Source: Octopus sinensis (lineage: Eukaryota). From it: DNA of 64,000 nucleotides. Below, one piece after another: positions 62,478-64,000 of this stretch. The position numbers were made by a program, and so were the translations under genes. The notes under the pieces are model-generated. The model worked only from the letters and a program-made list of their open reading frames with translations, searched no databases and was not told the origin of the DNA. Numbering within the stretch: the first letter of the stretch is position 1; every line of letters begins with the position of its first letter. Where the stretch lies: contig NC_043003.1 in NCBI RefSeq assembly GCF_006345805.1, positions 57,970,001-58,034,000 on the forward strand. The letters run 5' to 3'.

Positions 62478-62595
62478 CATTATTATTATTATTAATTATT
62501 ATCATCATTATTATTATTATTGTTATTATTATTATTATTATTCCGCCGAGGGCCTTGTGCCTACAGTAGAAAGGATTATTATTATTATTATTATT

Positions 62596-62633
<38 letters not shown>

Positions 62634-63069
62634 ATCATCATCATCATCATCATATGTTTGGCTTTTGCTTTGTATTTGTACAAGTTGACTTCATGTCTCT
62701 CACCCAGAGACCTCAAGAGACAACATGTTAGAAGTACAAGTTGGTGTTATAACTAGGGTGCCGTATTTTTGGTTTTGCACAAAGCATTGTTCTTGAGAAT
62801 GTCTGTGAAAACATAAGAAAATTAGAAGTTTGTTTTAAAATTAATTTGAAAATAAGGAGATGGTGTGATCTTAAGATGGCAGTAAAAAGTGTTTGCTATT
62901 ATGTACATTTAAAAGTACTTTTCACAATATTTACAGATTAAAATGTTTTGGGGTTTACATACACAATATTTTTCAAAGGACATACACAGTTCCCATGAGC
63001 ACTATTTTTTAATTTCTTCCATTTTGGGATTTCCTGATATCTGAGATAGATATCAATCATCTCCTTTTG

Positions 63070-63103
<34 letters not shown>

Positions 63104-63127
63104 TATTGTTATTATTATTATTGAACT

Positions 63128-63361
63128 CGAGACTTATTCTTTGTAAGCCTAGTACTTATTCTATCAGTCTGAGGGGACAAACACAGACACACACACACAC
63201 ACACATATGTGACAGGCTTCTTTCAGTTTCCATCTACCAAATCCACTCGCAAGGCTTTGGTCAGCCCAAGGCTATAGTAGCAGACACTTGCCCAAGGTGC
63301 CACGCAGTGGAATTGAACCCGGAACCATGTGGTTGGTAAACAAACTACTTACCACACAGCC

Positions 63362-63362
<1 letters not shown>
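63128..63362 (-). mobile_element. SINE-A with truncated body
   Basis: Family head and (CA)n core. Confidence 0.85.
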
Positions 63363-63404
<42 letters not shown>

Positions 63405-64000
63405 CTTCAAGAGATATATTAAGAGTGAGAAAAACAGAGCAGTTATGTATAGGCTTAATGTGCGGATACAATTTTATATAATTCCGTCATACAACTTTAG
63501 GCTTTGTTTAATTTCTCTAAGAAAACAAGTAGCACAGTTTAAAATTATCAACACCAAGAAAACATTGCATTCCCTATAACCCCCCCCCCCACCCCACTCC
63601 TCATTAAATTATTACAAGTATGACTATTGCCATTTCAGATGCAATCAGCAAAATTTATCAGTTGTTGCTGTTATTATCATTATTATTAGTAGTAGTAGTA
63701 GTTGTAGTAGTAGTAGTAGTGGTGGTGGTGGTGGTGGTGGTGGTGGTAGTAGTCATAGTGTTCTTATTTGTGCGTTTGCACACGTGTTTACATATGTGTC
63801 TGTGTATGTATGTATGTGTGAATGTGTTTGCATATGTGTGTGTGTTTATATATATGTATGTATATATATATATATTATATGTATATATATATATATGTAT
63901 ATGTATGTATATATATATATGTATGTATATGTATGTATATATATATGTATGTATATATATATATACATGTATATATATGTATGTATATACATATGTATAT

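Noticed and set aside
1-64000. Prokaryote-type systems (CRISPR arrays, operons, rRNA) or a protocadherin/zinc-finger cluster gene
   Set aside because: No regularly spaced repeat-spacer array and no long single-exon ORF is present; the sequence is eukaryotic repeat-rich non-coding DNA

Overview
AT-rich, repeat-saturated eukaryotic DNA, most likely a coleoid cephalopod (Octopus). This assignment rests on my recollection of the interspersed repeat families, not on a database search. There is no long coding ORF, rRNA, intact tRNA or CRISPR array, and nearly all ORFs in the supplied track are translations of microsatellites or repeats. The window reads as a large intron or intergenic tract. It contains: (i) dozens of copies or fragments of about four retroposon families (working labels SINE-A, SINE-B and SINE-C, all with tRNA-like heads, plus family D with an (ATG)n tail) and a fifth dispersed family E; (ii) 5'-truncated LINE ends, namely one RTE/BovB-like and four CR1/L2-like pieces; (iii) non-autonomous DNA elements: hAT-type with an 8-bp TSD, piggyBac-type with TTAA TSD, and two Helitron/Helentron-type families; (iv) many micro- and minisatellites. 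The most striking structure is a 504-bp near-perfect fold-back (about 250-bp arms, loop of 8 nt or less) at 1862-2365. Several short exon-like segments with good splice signals occur on both strands: microexon candidates at 8501-8521, 37585-37599 and 59830-59844, first-exon candidates at 16484-16502 and 55005-55090, and an exon-like island at 41357-41603. None can be tied to a named gene, and chance alone could produce several of them. Repeat boundaries are approximate unless a TSD or TIR is given.
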